Notes: generated from the letters alone by a model not told the origin. A stretch of 64,000 nucleotides of DNA from Coraliomargaritaceae bacterium (GCA_965656495.1 CBFHKU010000001.1:338781-402780), one strand, 5' to 3'; shown: positions 32,141 through 44,835, counted from the stretch's first letter. A program made the numbers and translations.

Positions 32141-35100
32141 TTAGTGACCTGCTTTGACGTTTTCTTCGAAGGCGGCGAGGATGGCCTCATCGCCTTTGAG
32201 TCCGCGTTCTTCGGCGCGCGCCTGCGCTTCGAGGACGCGTTCGTAGTCCTGTGGCATAATCTTGAGGAATTTCTCTGCGATGGCGGGCCAATCTGCAAGG
32301 ATTGCTTGTCCGCGAGCAGAGCCGGTGAGAGCGACGTGTTTTTCAATGCGGGCTTTGACCATCGCGATTTCATCGTCGTTGCACTCGATTAATTGATAGA
32401 CATTGACCATGTCGGGATTGAGGCGGTTTTTGACGAAGTCGCCGGATTCGTCGAAGACATAGGCGACGCCACCGGACATCCCGGCACCGAGATTGCGGCC
32501 GGTGGTACCGAGATTGATCACCATGCCCCCGGTCATGTATTCGAGGGCGTGGTCACCGAGTCCCTCGATGACGGCTTCGACTCCGGAGTTGCGAACGCAG
32601 AAACGTTCACCTGCCATGCCGGCAATGTAGGCTTCACCGGAAGTGGCGCCATAGAAGCAGACGTTGCCGGTGATGATATTTTCGTGCGCAATAAAGGGTG
32701 ACTCCGCGGGCGGGCGAACGATGATCTTGCCGCCGGAGAGTCCTTTGCCGAGGTAATCGTTGGTGTCACCGGTGACGGTAAAGGTCATGCCCTTGGGGCA
32801 GAAGGCTCCGAGGCTTTGCCCAGCAGAACCGGTGAGATTTACCTGCACGGTGTCTTCGGGGAGCCCTTCGGCGCCATGTTGGCGTGAGATTTCGGCTCCG
32901 GTAAGGGTACCAACAACGCGGTCCGTATTGACAATCGGGAGATCGATGGTGACGGGTTTGCCGTTTTGGATTGCGGGTTGTGCCTGCTTGAGGATTTCGC
33001 GCTTATCGAGGGATTTATCGAGGAGGTGATCCTGTTGCATTTGACAGTAGGTGCCGACATCGGGGCCGAGTTGCGGCTTGTAGAGCAACTTGCTGTAGTC
33101 GAGTCCTTTGGCTTTCCAGTGATCGATGGCGTGGCGCATTTCGAGTTTGTCGACGCGGCCCACCATTTCGTTGATGGAGCGGAATCCAAGTTGTGCCATC
33201 AGCTCGCGGATTTCTTCGGCGACGTAGTTCATGAAGTGCACCACGGCGTCGGCGCCACCCATGAATTTCTTGCGCAACTCGGGGTTTTGGGTCGCGACTC
33301 CAACGGGGCAGGTGTTTTTGTGGCACACGCGCATCATGAGGCAACCAAGGGTAACCAGCGGGGCGGTGGCAAAACCGAATTCCTCGGCACCGAGAAGGCA
33401 GGCGATGGCGACATCGCGCCCGGTCTTGAGCTGCCCGTCGGTTTCAACAACAACGCGGGAGCGCAGGTCATTGAGCAAGAGGGTTTGGTTGGTTTCGGCG
33501 AGTCCGAGTTCCCAGGGAGCACCGGCGTGTTGAATGGAAGAACGCGGGGAGGCTCCAGTGCCACCGTCGTAACCGGAAACGAGGATGACGTCTGCTTTTG
33601 CTTTGGCGACCCCGGCGGCAATGGTTCCAACACCGACCTCAGAAACGAGCTTCACGTTAATACGGGCGTGTTCGTTGGAATTTTTGAGGTCGTGGATGAG
33701 CTCGGCAAGGTCCTCGATGGAATAAATATCGTGGTGGGGCGGGGGAGAGATGAGCCCCACGCCGGGAGTGGTACCACGGGTCTTGGCGATTTGTGGGAGC
33801 ACCTTGTGTCCGGGTAATTCCCCGCCTTCACCGGGCTTGGCACCCTGTACGATTTTGATTTGCACCTCATCGGAATTGACGAGGTAGAAGCTGGTAACAC
33901 CGAATCGTCCGGAGGCGACCTGTTTGATGGCAGAGCGGCGCGAGTCGCCGTTTTCATCGGGCGTGAAACGTTCCATTTCTTCGCCACCTTCACCGGTGTT
34001 GGATTTGCCGCCAAGACGGTTCATGGCGATCGCAAGGGATTCGTGGGCCTCTTTGGAGATGGAGCCGTAGGACATCGCACCGGTCTTGAAGCGTTTGACG
34101 ATTTCGCTGACGGGCTCGACTTCCTCGATGGGGATGGACTTCGCCGCATCGATTTTGAAGTCCATCAAACCACGGAGGGTAAAGAGATCCTTGGATTGGT
34201 TGTTGATGACTTCGGAGTATTCTTTGAAGACGGCGTAATCACCGAGGCGGGTCGCCTTCTGGAGTTTGTGAATGGTAACGGGATTGAAGAGGTGCTTCTC
34301 ACCGTTGGCACGCCATTGGTAAACACCGCCGGGGTCGAGGGCGGCGTCGCGCTCGTCATCGCGGGGCGCAAAGGCCTTTTGGTGGCGGGAAAGGGTCTCT
34401 TGCGTGATCGTGCCAAGTCCGATGCCCTCGACGCGGGATGCGGTCTTAGTGAAGTATTTGTCAATGAGTGGCTGGTTGAGGCCGATGGCTTCAAAAATTT
34501 GAGCGCCACGGTAGGACGCGACGGTTGAGATGCCCATTTTGGACATGGTTTTAATGACGCCGCCGAGGTTGGCCTTGAGGAAGTTTGCACAGGCTTTTTC
34601 CGGAGCGATATCAACGTCACCTTCGGCGACCATATGGCGGACCGTTTCGAGGGCGAGATAGGGATTGATGGCATCGCAACCATAACCGAGGAGGAGGGCG
34701 AAGTGGTGAACCTCGCGGGGTTCCGCAGATTCCAGGACGAGGGAGACGCGGGTGCGGGTTCCCTTGCGGACGAGGTGGTGATGCAGGCCCGAGACTGCGA
34801 GCAGTGCAGGGATGGGTGCCTTTTTAGCGCTGACCTTGCGGTCGGAGAGAATGAGGACGTTGACGCCGTCACGAATCGCGGCATCGGCGTTTTCGAAGAG
34901 TTCCTCAAGGGCGGCTTCGAGGCCTTTACCGGAGATGGCGGGCTCGGGAATGCTGTTATGCCCTTCAGAGAGTCCACCCATGGGGGATTCAAAAGTCATG
35001 CCGAGGCGCGCAGAGTTGAACCCATCGAGTTGGATTTGGTTGAGTTGTGCGAGTTGCCGGTCATCGAGGAGGGGGCTCTCGAACTTGATCATGCGGCAAC

Positions 35101-36790
35101 TTTCGGGGCCGGGACGGGTAAGATCGCCTTCGGAGCCGATAAAGGTAACGCTAGCGGTCACCAGTTCTTCGCGGATCGGGTCAATTGGAGGATTGGTAAC
35201 CTGTGCAAAGAGTTGTTTGAAGTAGTTGTAGTGCAGTTGTGACTGATCTGAAAGAACCGCCAGAGGGGCATCGTTACCCATCGAGCCAAGGGGCTGCTTG
35301 CCCGCCTGAGCGCTCGGGCCGATGATGAAGCGAAGGTCTTCGAAGCTGTAACCAAAGGCTTTCTGGCGTTGCTCGAGGCTTTCGAAATCATCGGCGGGGA
35401 GGGATTCGACTTCGGGAAGGTTGGTCTCTTCGACGAGGTTCTGCTCAAGCCATTCGCCGTAGGGGTGCTCTTCGGCGATCTTTTGCTTCAGTTCAGCATC
35501 GTCGACAATACGACCCTCTTCCATATCGATGAGGAACATGCGGCCGGGTTCGAGGCGCCCCTTCTTGACGACGTTTTCGGGCGCAATGCCTTCCAAGACT
35601 CCGACCTCGGAGGCGAGAATGACGCGGTCATCGGCAGTGACGTAATAGCGGGAGGGACGGAGACCATTGCGGTCGAGGGTTGCACCGACCTGAATGCCGT
35701 CTGACATCGCCATGGAAGCGGGGCCATCCCAAGGTTCCATCAAGCAGGCGTGGAATTGGTAGAAGTCGCGCTTGAACTGCGGCATGCTTTTGTGGCGTTC
35801 CCAGGGTTCGGGAATCATCATCATCATGGCATGGGCGAGGCTCCGCCCGGAAAGAACGAGGAATTCGAGGCAGTTGTCGAATTTCTGTGAATCGGAACCG
35901 TCCTCGCGAATGATGGGGAGGAGTTTATCCAAATCTTCGCCGAAAACCTCGCTGGCGAGTTGCATTTGGCGGGCGTAGAGCCAGTTTTCGTTGCCGCGAA
36001 CAGTATTGATTTCACCGTTGTGGCAGAGATAACGGAAGGGTTGAGCGCGTGGCCAGCTAGGGAAAGTGTTGGTAGAGAAACGCGAGTGCGTGAGTGCCAG
36101 CGCCGAATCCATGGCCTCGTCAGCGAGATCGGGGAAATAATCGCGGAGTTGCTGGGTCGTCAGCATGCCCTTGTAGGTCATGGTGCGACTGGAGAGGGAG
36201 CTGATATAGAAAAGGGCTTCTTCGTCCTGACCGCTGTAACGGATGCGATGGGTCACCATGCGGCGGATGAGGTAGAGCTTGCGCTCAAAGGCGAGGCCGC
36301 GGTCGCACACTTCAGCGCGGTCCACGAAAAATTGACGCATGACGGGTTCGCATGCCTTGGAAGCCTTGCCGAGGATGCTGCTTACGACCGGGACGTCGCG
36401 CCAGCCAAGGACCTTGAAACCTTCTTCTTCGATGATGTTCGCAATCGTAGTTTCCTCGTTTTTGCGTTCTGTTTCGTCTTGAGATAAAAAGACAAAGCCC
36501 ACGCCGTAATCGCCTTCTGCGGGTACTTCAAAACCACATTCTGCCGGGCAGACCTTCTTGAAGAAGTTATGCGGCAACTGAATAAAGATGCCGGCGCCGT
36601 CACCGGTTATGGGGTCACATCCGCAACCACCACGGTGATCGAGGTTCACGCAGATTTCCAAGGCACCCTGCACGATGTCATGGGATTTGCGGCCCTTCAT
36701 GTCTACAATTAATCCAATGCCGCAGTTTTCATGCTCATTGCGTGGGTCATAGAGGCCTTGTGCCTTTGGATGCTGTTGATAGTTTTCCAT
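32141..36790 (-). CDS. gltB: Glutamate synthase large subunit
   Basis: EHENCGIG (Ntn cysteine), [46 protein letters not shown]. Confidence 0.99.
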   Translation of the reverse strand: MENYQQHPKAQGLYDPRNEHENCGIGLIVDMKGRKSHDIVQGALEICVNLDHRGGCGCDPITGDGAGIFIQLPHNFFKKVCPAECGFEVPAEGDYGVGFVFLSQDETERKNEETTIANIIEEEGFKVLGWRDVPVVSSILGKASKACEPVMRQFFVDRAEVCDRGLAFERKLYLIRRMVTHRIRYSGQDEEALFYISSLSSRTMTYKGMLTTQQLRDYFPDLADEAMDSALALTHSRFSTNTFPSWPRAQPFRYLCHNGEINTVRGNENWLYARQMQLASEVFGEDLDKLLPIIREDGSDSQKFDNCLEFLVLSGRSLAHAMMMMIPEPWERHKSMPQFKRDFYQFHACLMEPWDGPASMAMSDGIQVGATLDRNGLRPSRYYVTADDRVILASEVGVLEGIAPENVVKKGRLEPGRMFLIDMEEGRIVDDAELKQKIAEEHPYGEWLEQNLVEETNLPEVESLPADDFESLEQRQKAFGYSFEDLRFIIGPSAQAGKQPLGSMGNDAPLAVLSDQSQLHYNYFKQLFAQVTNPPIDPIREELVTASVTFIGSEGDLTRPGPESCRMIKFESPLLDDRQLAQLNQIQLDGFNSARLGMTFESPMGGLSEGHNSIPEPAISGKGLEAALEELFENADAAIRDGVNVLILSDRKVSAKKAPIPALLAVSGLHHHLVRKGTRTRVSLVLESAEPREVHHFALLLGYGCDAINPYLALETVRHMVAEGDVDIAPEKACANFLKANLGGVIKTMSKMGISTVASYRGAQIFEAIGLNQPLIDKYFTKTASRVEGIGLGTITQETLSRHQKAFAPRDDERDAALDPGGVYQWRANGEKHLFNPVTIHKLQKATRLGDYAVFKEYSEVINNQSKDLFTLRGLMDFKIDAAKSIPIEEVEPVSEIVKRFKTGAMSYGSISKEAHESLAIAMNRLGGKSNTGEGGEEMERFTPDENGDSRRSAIKQVASGRFGVTSFYLVNSDEVQIKIVQGAKPGEGGELPGHKVLPQIAKTRGTTPGVGLISPPPHHDIYSIEDLAELIHDLKNSNEHARINVKLVSEVGVGTIAAGVAKAKADVILVSGYDGGTGASPRSSIQHAGAPWELGLAETNQTLLLNDLRSRVVVETDGQLKTGRDVAIACLLGAEEFGFATAPLVTLGCLMMRVCHKNTCPVGVATQNPELRKKFMGGADAVVHFMNYVAEEIRELMAQLGFRSINEMVGRVDKLEMRHAIDHWKAKGLDYSKLLYKPQLGPDVGTYCQMQQDHLLDKSLDKREILKQAQPAIQNGKPVTIDLPIVNTDRVVGTLTGAEISRQHGAEGLPEDTVQVNLTGSAGQSLGAFCPKGMTFTVTGDTNDYLGKGLSGGKIIVRPPAESPFIAHENIITGNVCFYGATSGEAYIAGMAGERFCVRNSGVEAVIEGLGDHALEYMTGGMVINLGTTGRNLGAGMSGGVAYVFDESGDFVKNRLNPDMVNVYQLIECNDDEIAMVKARIEKHVALTGSARGQAILADWPAIAEKFLKIMPQDYERVLEAQARAEERGLKGDEAILAAFEENVKAGH

Positions 36791-36950
36791 ATAGAGAATT
36801 GTTGGGAAAGTGCTTAAATCTGCATAAAGCAGACCATATTAAGAAAATTTAGCCACTGGGGCGAGAAAGTCAAAAGAGCCGACAAATTAATGGCTCTAGC
36901 GAGTCTGTCTAGGAAAATTACCGGAAACCCGACAGAAGTCGGGCCGGGGC

Positions 36951-37286
36951 CTAGAAAAAGCGAATGGTTTTAGAGCGCATCGCCTCGTGTTCTTCATCGG
37001 TACACGGGGCATTGGTTGGCGCTTCAGGTTCGTCTTGGTTGGGAGAGACCAAGCCGTTGCTGAGCATATAGTTTTCGACCTCATCGCCGCTCACGTCTGC
37101 AAGCATATGACCGTCAATTTCCACGCAGGGGGAAAGGGGCTGACCCGATTTGGTGACCATTTCCTCGTATTGGCTTGGGTCGTTGATGATATCACGGTCC
37201 TCGTATTCAAGCTGATACTTTTTCATGATGGCACGCACGCCCATGCTCCAGCCGCAAGTAGGTTTCAAATAGGCAATAACTTTCAT
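36951..37286 (-). CDS. Glutaredoxin-like protein (CGWS)
   Basis: AYLKPTCGWS.GVR, SGQPLSPCVEIDG. Start set at ATG 37286. Confidence 0.85.
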   Translation of the reverse strand: MKVIAYLKPTCGWSMGVRAIMKKYQLEYEDRDIINDPSQYEEMVTKSGQPLSPCVEIDGHMLADVSGDEVENYMLSNGLVSPNQDEPEAPTNAPCTDEEHEAMRSKTIRFF

Positions 37287-37351
37287 AACAAACAATTGGC
37301 TTTAAAAAATGCGCTTGTCAACCAGCGCAATGCAAATGGAGGGAAGGGCTT

Positions 37352-37819
37352 TTATTCGCCGGAATCATCCTCGCTAAGCTTTGGGATGCGTTCACTCCTG
37401 AAGCCGGTGGCAATCACATCGATATTGCCGAGCTGTTCAATGCCGAGATTTTGGGTAAGGGCTTCGCGCAAATGTTGCTGTAGGCTGGTTTCAACCTCGC
37501 GCAGACGTCCGCCGCTGGCGAGCTTGAGACGCACTTGAAAATGGGGAATCCCGCGGCGAATGCGAATACTGACGCGCGGTTTGCTGACGGATTCAATTTG
37601 AGCGCAGGCCGATTGCACGAGTTCGACAATCGCGGAACGGTTTACGATGACCTTGCCGCCTTCGGTGCTGTAGGCAACGACACGCTTCGCACGACAACCG
37701 CAAAAGAGGCGCATCAGAAGGAGGATGCAAGCGATGCCGAGGAGGGCACCGCCATAGAGCTTTAGGGGATCAAGACCCGCAGTGTAGGCAATCCAGTTGT
37801 TAAGGAGCGTCTCAAACAT
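37352..37819 (-). CDS. Membrane-anchored Asp23-associated protein (AmaP-like)
   Basis: One N-terminal TM helix, then G.VIVNRSAI.ELV; lies directly downstream of the asp23-like gene. Confidence 0.6.
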   Translation of the reverse strand: MFETLLNNWIAYTAGLDPLKLYGGALLGIACILLLMRLFCGCRAKRVVAYSTEGGKVIVNRSAIVELVQSACAQIESVSKPRVSIRIRRGIPHFQVRLKLASGGRLREVETSLQQHLREALTQNLGIEQLGNIDVIATGFRSERIPKLSEDDSGE

Positions 37820-37834
37820 GAGGTTCGAGCTCCA

Positions 37835-38284
37835 TTAATCGGTGTGTGGCTGGCTTTCCCAGTCGTTTTCTGTCGCGGCATCGGCTTCCTCCTGAGTGCG
37901 GACGCCGTCGATGATGACATTGACGCGGGCGGTGCTTTTGCTGGTCATTTTTTCAACTTGCTCAGCAATACGTTGTTGGACTTGGCCGGCAACGGAAGCA
38001 AGCTCGACGCCAAAGCGAAGGATAACGCGAATCTCGATGTTGTAGTCGCCGACTTCGTCTTCGGTGACGCGGACGCCGCGTTCATCGCCTTTTTTGGAGA
38101 AGATTTCTGCGATGCCGTCGACAAAGCCGCCGCCAACGGAAACAACGCCGGAGACTTCGAGGGCGGCTAAACGGACGATGTTGGCAACAACACTGTGGTT
38201 GATGCGGATGTCCCCAAGAGAGTTGTTTTCTTCCGAGACCGTGGGGATGTGGGTCTCGTTAATAGATTCTGATTGGTTGGTCAT
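37835..38284 (-). CDS. Asp23/Gls24 family protein (YqhY-like)
   Basis: LGDIRI..SVVANI..LAALEV.GV, RGVRV, VQQ.I...VE.MT....A.VNV.I.GV. Confidence 0.92.
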   Translation of the reverse strand: MTNQSESINETHIPTVSEENNSLGDIRINHSVVANIVRLAALEVSGVVSVGGGFVDGIAEIFSKKGDERGVRVTEDEVGDYNIEIRVILRFGVELASVAGQVQQRIAEQVEKMTSKSTARVNVIIDGVRTQEEADAATENDWESQPHTD

Positions 38285-38305
38285 TATGCTGAAAGGCTAA
38301 GGGTT

Positions 38306-39676
38306 TCATTCTTTGGTGTAAAGACTCTTGGGCACCCGATCAAAAAATTCTTCGATAAACTTGGTGGTGGCTTTTCCTTTGCGGAATTCCGGGTCACGAA
38401 TGATGGCGCGGGCGAAGCTAATATTGGTGTTGATACCGCGAATGAGGTATTCGCCCAAGGCCCGGTCCATCCGGTCGAGGGCGAGTTCGCGGGTGCGCCC
38501 AAAGGTAATCACCTTGGCGATCATGCTGTCGTAATTCGGTGGGATGGCATAACCGCCATAGCAATGAGAGTCGATTCGCACACCGTGACCCCCCGGAGAG
38601 TAGTAGAGGTCAATCATACCCGGGCAGGGTGCGAAATTGCGGGCCGGATCCTCTGCGCAAACACGACACTCGATGGCATGTCGAAGGATTTTAACGTCCT
38701 TTTGCTCGTAGCTGAGTTTTTTGCCGCTAGCGATGAGGAGTTGTTCCTTTACGAGGTCGATGCCGGTCACTTCTTCGGTGACGCCATGTTCAACCTGAAT
38801 ACGGGTGTTCATCTCGATGAAGTAATAGTTGCCGTCGCCATCGACCAGGAATTCGACCGTTCCGGCACCTTCGTATTTAACGGACTTTGCGAGCTTGACA
38901 GCGTCGCGGCCCATTTTCTTACGGGTGTCGTCATTTATAAAAGGGGAGGGTGCTTCCTCGACGAGTTTTTGGTGGCGACGCTGGACCGAGCAGTCGCGCT
39001 CTCCGAGGTGAATAACGTTTCCTTTTTGGTCGCCCAGGAGCTGGATTTCGATATGGCGCGGGGCTTCGAGGAATTTTTCAATATAAACCTCGCCGTTACC
39101 AAAGGCATTTTCGGCCTCGTTGCGGGCATTGGTGTATTCCTTCTTGAAGGCAACCGCGTTGTGAGCGGTGCGCATCCCTTTACCGCCGCCACCCGCTACA
39201 GCTTTAATAATGACGGGGAAACCGATTTTTTTGGCAACCGCCAGGGCATCTTTGTCGTTATTGACGACGCCTTCGCTACCTGGAATGACGGGTACTTTGG
39301 CTTTTACCGCCATTTCGCGGGCGCGGGCCTTATCGCCAAAATTGATGATGGCGTCGGAACTGGGGCCGATAAATTTGATATTACATTTTTCGCACTGCTC
39401 CGCAAAGTCAGCATTTTCTGCGAGGAATCCGTAGCCCGGGTGGATGGCGTCCACGTCGGCAATTTCAGCGGCAGCGATGATGCGGTCGCCCTTGAGGTAG
39501 CTCTGGTTGCCCGGTGGCGGTCCGATGCAGATAGCTTCGTCCGCCAGTTGAACGTGGAGGGATTGCTCGTCTGCCTGTGAGTAAACGGCGAGGGTCTTAA
39601 TGCCCAGTTCGTTACAGGCGCGGACAATGCGGAGTGCAATTTCACCCCGGTTTGCGATGAGTACTTTTTTGATCAT
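38306..39676 (-). CDS. accC: Acetyl-CoA carboxylase biotin carboxylase
   Basis: [44 protein letters not shown]. Start set at ATG 39676. Confidence 0.98.
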   Translation of the reverse strand: MIKKVLIANRGEIALRIVRACNELGIKTLAVYSQADEQSLHVQLADEAICIGPPPGNQSYLKGDRIIAAAEIADVDAIHPGYGFLAENADFAEQCEKCNIKFIGPSSDAIINFGDKARAREMAVKAKVPVIPGSEGVVNNDKDALAVAKKIGFPVIIKAVAGGGGKGMRTAHNAVAFKKEYTNARNEAENAFGNGEVYIEKFLEAPRHIEIQLLGDQKGNVIHLGERDCSVQRRHQKLVEEAPSPFINDDTRKKMGRDAVKLAKSVKYEGAGTVEFLVDGDGNYYFIEMNTRIQVEHGVTEEVTGIDLVKEQLLIASGKKLSYEQKDVKILRHAIECRVCAEDPARNFAPCPGMIDLYYSPGGHGVRIDSHCYGGYAIPPNYDSMIAKVITFGRTRELALDRMDRALGEYLIRGINTNISFARAIIRDPEFRKGKATTKFIEEFFDRVPKSLYTKE

Positions 39677-39698
39677 GCTGCTTGGAGCGAAGGCTTGA

Positions 39699-40157
39699 TT
39701 ACTGCTTAACCTTGAAGAGCGGCTGGCCGAATTCAATCGCGTCACCATTCTCGACGAGGATTTCAGTGATGGTGCCCTTGATCTCGGCCTGGATTTCATT
39801 CATGACCTTCATGGCTTCAACAATACAGACCACGCTATCTTCGGAAATTTTAGCGCCCACATCCACAAAGGCAGGGCTATCGGGGGAGGGTGAGCGGTAG
39901 AAAGTGCCGACCATCGGGGACTTGACCACGCTGGTACCCGGCTCATCGCCTGCGGGTGCAGGGGCCTCCGCAGCGGGTGCGGGAGCAGCGGCGGGCGCGG
40001 CGGCCTGAGCGACAGGAGCGGCCTGCAGAATTTGCGGGACAGATTCACCGCTCTTGCGGGAGAGGCGTAGCTTGAAGCCCTCCTCCTCAAGCTCAAACTC
40101 GCTGAGTTCCGAGCGTTTCATTAAATCGATGACTTGCTTGATTGCTTTGAGATCCAA
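39699..40157 (-). CDS. accB: Biotin carboxyl carrier protein
   Basis: [22 protein letters not shown], Ala/Pro linker. TTG start. Confidence 0.97.
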   Translation of the reverse strand: MDLKAIKQVIDLMKRSELSEFELEEEGFKLRLSRKSGESVPQILQAAPVAQAAAPAAAPAPAAEAPAPAGDEPGTSVVKSPMVGTFYRSPSPDSPAFVDVGAKISEDSVVCIVEAMKVMNEIQAEIKGTITEILVENGDAIEFGQPLFKVKQ

Positions 40158-40273
40158 GGTCGGGTCCTTTCTATATGGGTTAAGCTTAAGTTTGAGAAGT
40201 GTTCTTTATAAACAGAAGAAGAAGCATTTATGAGACCGTTTGTAAAGCGAGCTTTTTGGAGCCTGTTTATGGG

Positions 40274-41638
40274 TTACTGGCGCCCTTGGATCGGTTTTCT
40301 GCTTTTTTTGAAGCGACTACCAAAGAGCGCTGCTTCCGGAAAGAGGATTCTAGCTGGAACCTTATAGGGGGTAAGGTGTTTTCGGCAATAGTTTTTAATT
40401 TTTCTTTTTAGAGCAGGCAGGTCCGTTTTTACTCGGGGAACAATCTCAGCGGCAACATTTTGGCCAGTGATGGCATTTTGTTCACCGTACACCAGACAAT
40501 CGGCAACATCAGGGATTTCCATGAGAATGCTCTCAACCTCAGAGGGTGTAACTTTTTCACCACCAACGTTGATGATATCTTCACGTCGACCGAGGATAGT
40601 TAGGTAACCATCCTTGGATTCTACGACGCTGTCGCCAGTTTTAAACCATCCATCCTTGGTAAAGCGTGACATCTCATGGTTCAGATAGCCGAGGATTTGA
40701 TTGCGTGAGCGCAACCAGAGCTCTCCCTCTACGATTTTGTATTCGGTGTCAGGGTCATCGATCTTTATCTGTGTACTATCGGAAGCCCGGCTCACGGTTT
40801 GAGAAATACCGGTTTCGCTTGTGCCAAAGGTTTGAATGAAATTGGTGTTGGGGAGCGTTTCCTTGAGCCGCTTCAAGAGGCTTTCCGGCATTGGTTCCGT
40901 TCCGTAGGTTACAAAACGAAGGCTTTTCAGGTCATGTTCCTGACATGCACCACTCAGGAGGAGCAAATTCAGAAATGTTGGCGATGCGGGGAGCAATTTT
41001 ACTGAATATTGGTCGATGGCAGCTGCAACACTTCTTGGTTCCCGGGAATTTGGGATGACAATTTTTGCACCACTGGCAAGTCCATTGAAGAGAGTATTGA
41101 GTCCGCCTATGTGATCAAACAGCAGGAAGATCAAAATACTGAGATTACGGGCACGTTTTTTTTCAAAAGCCTGAAGGAGGCGATCTGCGTCGTGTACCAT
41201 TGCTTTGGGTTTACCGGTGCTGCCACTGCTGAAAAGGATGAGGCCTGGGTGCTCGATTTCCTGAAGCGCTGCAACAAGCGAGTGGGGTGCTGCTTTTTCG
41301 CCTGTGGGAGTGATTTCAGGACTTCCGCTCTTGAGTGATAGGTGCCATGTGAGGTTTGCCTCCTTGATTCGGGATGCAAGTTCTGCCGGGGAGAGCTCGG
41401 TGGCGGGTGCGGCAATGGCCTTATGGTTGAAGAGGGCAAGCAGGGCCGCAACTGATTCCAGCGAATAATCCGCTTCGAGCAATACGGAATCGCCTGCGCC
41501 AATACCGTGTAGCTCGAGTAGATTTTGGGTTCTTTCGATTTCGCGGGCTAAATCAGCATAGCTGAAGGTTTGATTCTTGTGAACGAAACAAGCGCGATCC
41601 TCGAAGGACTCAATTCGTTTGCTGAGCCATTGGGTCAT
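40274..41638 (-). CDS. ANL-family adenylating enzyme (acyl-CoA/acyl-ACP ligase)
   Basis: FSSGSTGKPK, QTFGTSE, WFKTGD, GR..DIINVGGEKV.P.EVE, YKVP. Confidence 0.92.
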   Translation of the reverse strand: MTQWLSKRIESFEDRACFVHKNQTFSYADLAREIERTQNLLELHGIGAGDSVLLEADYSLESVAALLALFNHKAIAAPATELSPAELASRIKEANLTWHLSLKSGSPEITPTGEKAAPHSLVAALQEIEHPGLILFSSGSTGKPKAMVHDADRLLQAFEKKRARNLSILIFLLFDHIGGLNTLFNGLASGAKIVIPNSREPRSVAAAIDQYSVKLLPASPTFLNLLLLSGACQEHDLKSLRFVTYGTEPMPESLLKRLKETLPNTNFIQTFGTSETGISQTVSRASDSTQIKIDDPDTEYKIVEGELWLRSRNQILGYLNHEMSRFTKDGWFKTGDSVVESKDGYLTILGRREDIINVGGEKVTPSEVESILMEIPDVADCLVYGEQNAITGQNVAAEIVPRVKTDLPALKRKIKNYCRKHLTPYKVPARILFPEAALFGSRFKKSRKPIQGRQ

Positions 41639-41646
41639 GTTGATGC

Positions 41647-42345
41647 TTAGGCAACGCCGCCAAGGTAAAGGGTTTGAGCGGTGATGAAATCGCTCTCTTC
41701 ATCCAAAAAGAAATCGACGCATTTTATAACGTCCTGAGTCGTGCCGAGTCTTTGGATGGCTTGTTGTTGAACGAGGGAATCAATGGCCTCCCTGGGAACG
41801 GTTCGGGTGAGATCGGTATCAATAGGAGTCGGCCCAATTGCGTTAACCGTAATACCCAATGGGCCGAGTTCTTTTGCCGCGGTCCGAGTCAGGGACTCAA
41901 GTGCCGCTTTACTGGCGGCATATACGGCTTCACCCTCGAGGTTGAGGGGTGCCGCGATGCTGCTTAGATTCACAATACGCCCTTTTTTCTGGCGGCTCAT
42001 TTGTTTGGCGCATTCACGCATGCAAATGAAACTACCGGTTATATTTGTTTCAAAAACCGAGCGGCAGGTTTCGGCGGGCGTGAGGAGGAAGTGGTTCATT
42101 GAAGCGATGCCAGCGTTATTTATGAGCGCATAAATTGGACCGATGTCGCGCTTGATTGAACGGATCATGGCCACAACTGCGGCCTCGTCCGCAACATCCA
42201 GGGTGTAGTGGTGGTAATTTGCGGACTGGATGTCTGTTTTTTTACGACTACAGCCTGCAACCCGCCAGCCTTTTTCAAGGAGGTGTTCCGCAAGGGCCCG
42301 CCCGATGCCTTTGCGCGTTCCCGTTATTAGTGCGAGCTTACTCAT
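41647..42345 (-). CDS. SDR oxidoreductase (FabG-like ketoreductase)
   Basis: LITGTRKGIG, INNAG, YAASK. Start set at ATG 42345. Confidence 0.92.
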   Translation of the reverse strand: MSKLALITGTRKGIGRALAEHLLEKGWRVAGCSRKKTDIQSANYHHYTLDVADEAAVVAMIRSIKRDIGPIYALINNAGIASMNHFLLTPAETCRSVFETNITGSFICMRECAKQMSRQKKGRIVNLSSIAAPLNLEGEAVYAASKAALESLTRTAAKELGPLGITVNAIGPTPIDTDLTRTVPREAIDSLVQQQAIQRLGTTQDVIKCVDFFLDEESDFITAQTLYLGGVA

Positions 42346-42652
42346 TTTTTTCGGCCTCAGTGATAAGTTCCAGAATATAGTCGATGCATGAGGCAACTCT
42401 GCGGAAGGGAGAATGGGTGCGGCTCATCGCGCTTTGATTGGCGAGGGTTATGTCAATCTGGTGCTCATCGGATAGACGTTCTTCGATATCAGCGATGAAA
42501 TTGACAAGGCCCATACTGTCGAGGCTGCTGCGCGCACCAAAAAGACGGGTCGTTTCATCTCCGGTCGCCAGATCTGGCTTTTCAAGATCTTCGCCGAGCT
42601 CGTGCAGGGTTTTGAGGACAAGGGCGGCGATTTCTTTCCTTTCGAGTGACAT
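42338..42652 (-). CDS. Acyl carrier protein (divergent)
   Basis: T.LFG..SSLDSMGLV phosphopantetheine site; AMS...SPFR. Confidence 0.85.
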   Translation of the reverse strand: MSLERKEIAALVLKTLHELGEDLEKPDLATGDETTRLFGARSSLDSMGLVNFIADIEERLSDEHQIDITLANQSAMSRTHSPFRRVASCIDYILELITEAEKNE

Positions 42653-42819
42653 AGATGGGATTTATGGAAATATGACTAAAGCTTGGAGAATCTATTTATG
42701 AGAGCTTTTACAACGGAATTGCGGTTTGTAGCAAGTAGGAATGGGGTGGATGGTGTTTTGCTGGTGTGGGGAAGAATGGGCTTCCACTTTAATGCTCAGG
42801 TCGACAATCTGTGTAAGTC

Positions 42820-43899
42820 ATGGCAAAAAGTAAATTAAAGGGTGCACGCTTGGAAGGGGTGGTTACATGCGTGCCTCCAACTGAGAAATGTATTGATGAT
42901 GAAATCGAACTTTTTGGTGGAAATGCCAAGCAGATTGCGCGTTTGAAAAAGACAATTGGCTTGGATCGGCGCCGGGTAGTGGATGAGGGGATCACGGCGC
43001 TTGATTTGTGCGCATCTGCGGCGGAGCACTTATTGAAGACGGCATCGATCGATCCCGATACGGTGGATGGAATGCTATTTGTGACGCAGACGGCGGATTA
43101 TTCGCAGCCATGTAATGCCGCGGTTCTGCACGGCCGTTTGGGGCTTTCGAAAAATTGTGCGGCGCTGGATGTTAACCTCGGATGCTCCGGTTACGTCTAT
43201 GGGCTATGGCTGGCGCATACGATGGTAAGCACGGGTGCCTGCCGGCGCGTGCTTTTGTTGGCGGGAGATACGCTGAGTCGCCAGGTCAATCCCCGCGATC
43301 GTTCGGTTGCCCCTGTTTTTGGTGATGGCGGGAGTGCGACTTTGGTGCAGGCATGTGCCGATTCGGAGGCTTGGTTTAGTCTGCACACGGATGGTAGTGG
43401 ATATGAAAAATTAATGGTGCCGGCGGGAGGGATGCGGACACCGCGAGGTCCGGAGACGCAAACAGAGAAGCGGGACGAAGAGGGCAATGTCAGGAGTTTG
43501 GAGAATTTATTTATGGATGGCCCTGAAATTTTTAATTTTTCCATCACGGAGGAACCGCAAAGCGTGCAGGAAATGTTGGACTTTGCCGGCTTGGATGTGG
43601 AGGCGATCAGCCATTTTGTTTTTCATCAGGCAAACCGCTATATCCTTGGGAATATTGCCAAACGTTTGAAATTGGACCCTATGCGGGTGCCAATGAAAAC
43701 GGTAGAGAAGTATGGCAACCAGAGTAGTGCTTCAATACCTTGCGCGCTGTGTTACGAATTGGGCGATTTGCTCAAGGGTTCCGTTCCGCAAAAATTACTG
43801 ATGTCCGGGTTTGGGGTGGGGCTGTCCTGGGCTAGCGCAATCGTAGAAATTGGCAGCCTGCCGGTGTGCGAAGTCATAGAGCTGGAGCGCCCCAATTAG
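42820..43899 (+). CDS. Ketoacyl-ACP synthase III (FabH-like)
   Basis: [42 protein letters not shown]. Confidence 0.93.
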   Translation: MAKSKLKGARLEGVVTCVPPTEKCIDDEIELFGGNAKQIARLKKTIGLDRRRVVDEGITALDLCASAAEHLLKTASIDPDTVDGMLFVTQTADYSQPCNAAVLHGRLGLSKNCAALDVNLGCSGYVYGLWLAHTMVSTGACRRVLLLAGDTLSRQVNPRDRSVAPVFGDGGSATLVQACADSEAWFSLHTDGSGYEKLMVPAGGMRTPRGPETQTEKRDEEGNVRSLENLFMDGPEIFNFSITEEPQSVQEMLDFAGLDVEAISHFVFHQANRYILGNIAKRLKLDPMRVPMKTVEKYGNQSSASIPCALCYELGDLLKGSVPQKLLMSGFGVGLSWASAIVEIGSLPVCEVIELERPN

Positions 43900-43938
43900 A
43901 CTTGTGCTTAAAATAAAACTCCCATTGAGTCAAAGGCG

Positions 43939-44184
43939 ATGCGTCTAAACAAACTGATCAAAATTTTTGAGGACTCTTTGGATGAAATCCCCAAGGGTAG
44001 TTTGACGGAAACGACTGAATACAAGAAGCTTAAGTCTTGGGATTCGCTTGGGGTTTTGACGGTCGTCGACGGAATTGAGATGGAGTTTGGGGTACTCGTT
44101 TTGAAACAGGACTTTGATGCGGCGGCAACACTTGCGGAGCTTTACGAGCTTATTGAACGAAAGGGAGGCGTTAGCGGGAAATGA
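43939..44184 (+). CDS. Acyl carrier protein
   Basis: WDSLG motif; 81 aa, acidic. Confidence 0.88.
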   Translation: MRLNKLIKIFEDSLDEIPKGSLTETTEYKKLKSWDSLGVLTVVDGIEMEFGVLVLKQDFDAAATLAELYELIERKGGVSGK

Positions 44185-44813
44185 AGCATTTATACATTGT
44201 GGGAGCCGGAGGTTTTGGCCGCGAGCTCTACAACTGGCTGGAGGATCTTGAGGCTGCCAGTAAGGAGTGGCAGCTTCGGGGCTTTCTGGATGATGATTTG
44301 TCAGCATTGGACGGCTTTAGTTACCCCCACGCTGTTGTTGGTAGTATTGCAGAGCACCAACCCCGGGAGGATGATTTGTATGTTTGCGGTATCGGTTCGC
44401 AACGTATTAAGCGCAAAGTGTGTGAAGCGCTGCAATCCAAGGGGGCGAATTTTATAACTGTGGTTCATCCATCCGTAAAGATGGGTCGGAACGTCCGACT
44501 AGGGGAAGGGGTGGTGCTCTGTCCGCGAGTCACCTTAACCTGCGATATTGAGGTTGGCGCCATGACGATGGCAAATTGCCACACAACCATTGGTCATGAT
44601 GTGCGGATTGGAGCATGGGCAACCATCAGCGCAAATTGTGATTTGACGGGGCATACTGAAATTGGCGAGGCTGCCTACTTTGGTTCGGGCGCTCGAGTCA
44701 TTCCAGGTAAGAAAGTGGGCGCCCGCGCAGTTGTGGGCGCCGGTTCGGTGGTCATTCGCGATGTCCCGGAAGGCGTGAGTGTCTTTGGGAATCCGGCTCG
44801 TATTTTCAACTAG
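44181..44813 (+). CDS. Sugar acyltransferase (NeuD/PglD-like, hexapeptide repeat)
   Basis: IVGAGGFGRE, GFLDD, VVHPS, IGHD, VGAGSVV..DV, GNPAR. Confidence 0.92.
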   Translation: MKHLYIVGAGGFGRELYNWLEDLEAASKEWQLRGFLDDDLSALDGFSYPHAVVGSIAEHQPREDDLYVCGIGSQRIKRKVCEALQSKGANFITVVHPSVKMGRNVRLGEGVVLCPRVTLTCDIEVGAMTMANCHTTIGHDVRIGAWATISANCDLTGHTEIGEAAYFGSGARVIPGKKVGARAVVGAGSVVIRDVPEGVSVFGNPARIFN

Positions 44814-44835
44814 CAGGATAGCTGGTAAGCGCCTG

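Noticed and set aside
30133..39580. Long plus-strand ORFs opposite gltD, gltB and accC
   Set aside because: Antisense shadows of strongly codon-biased genes, with no recognisable motifs.
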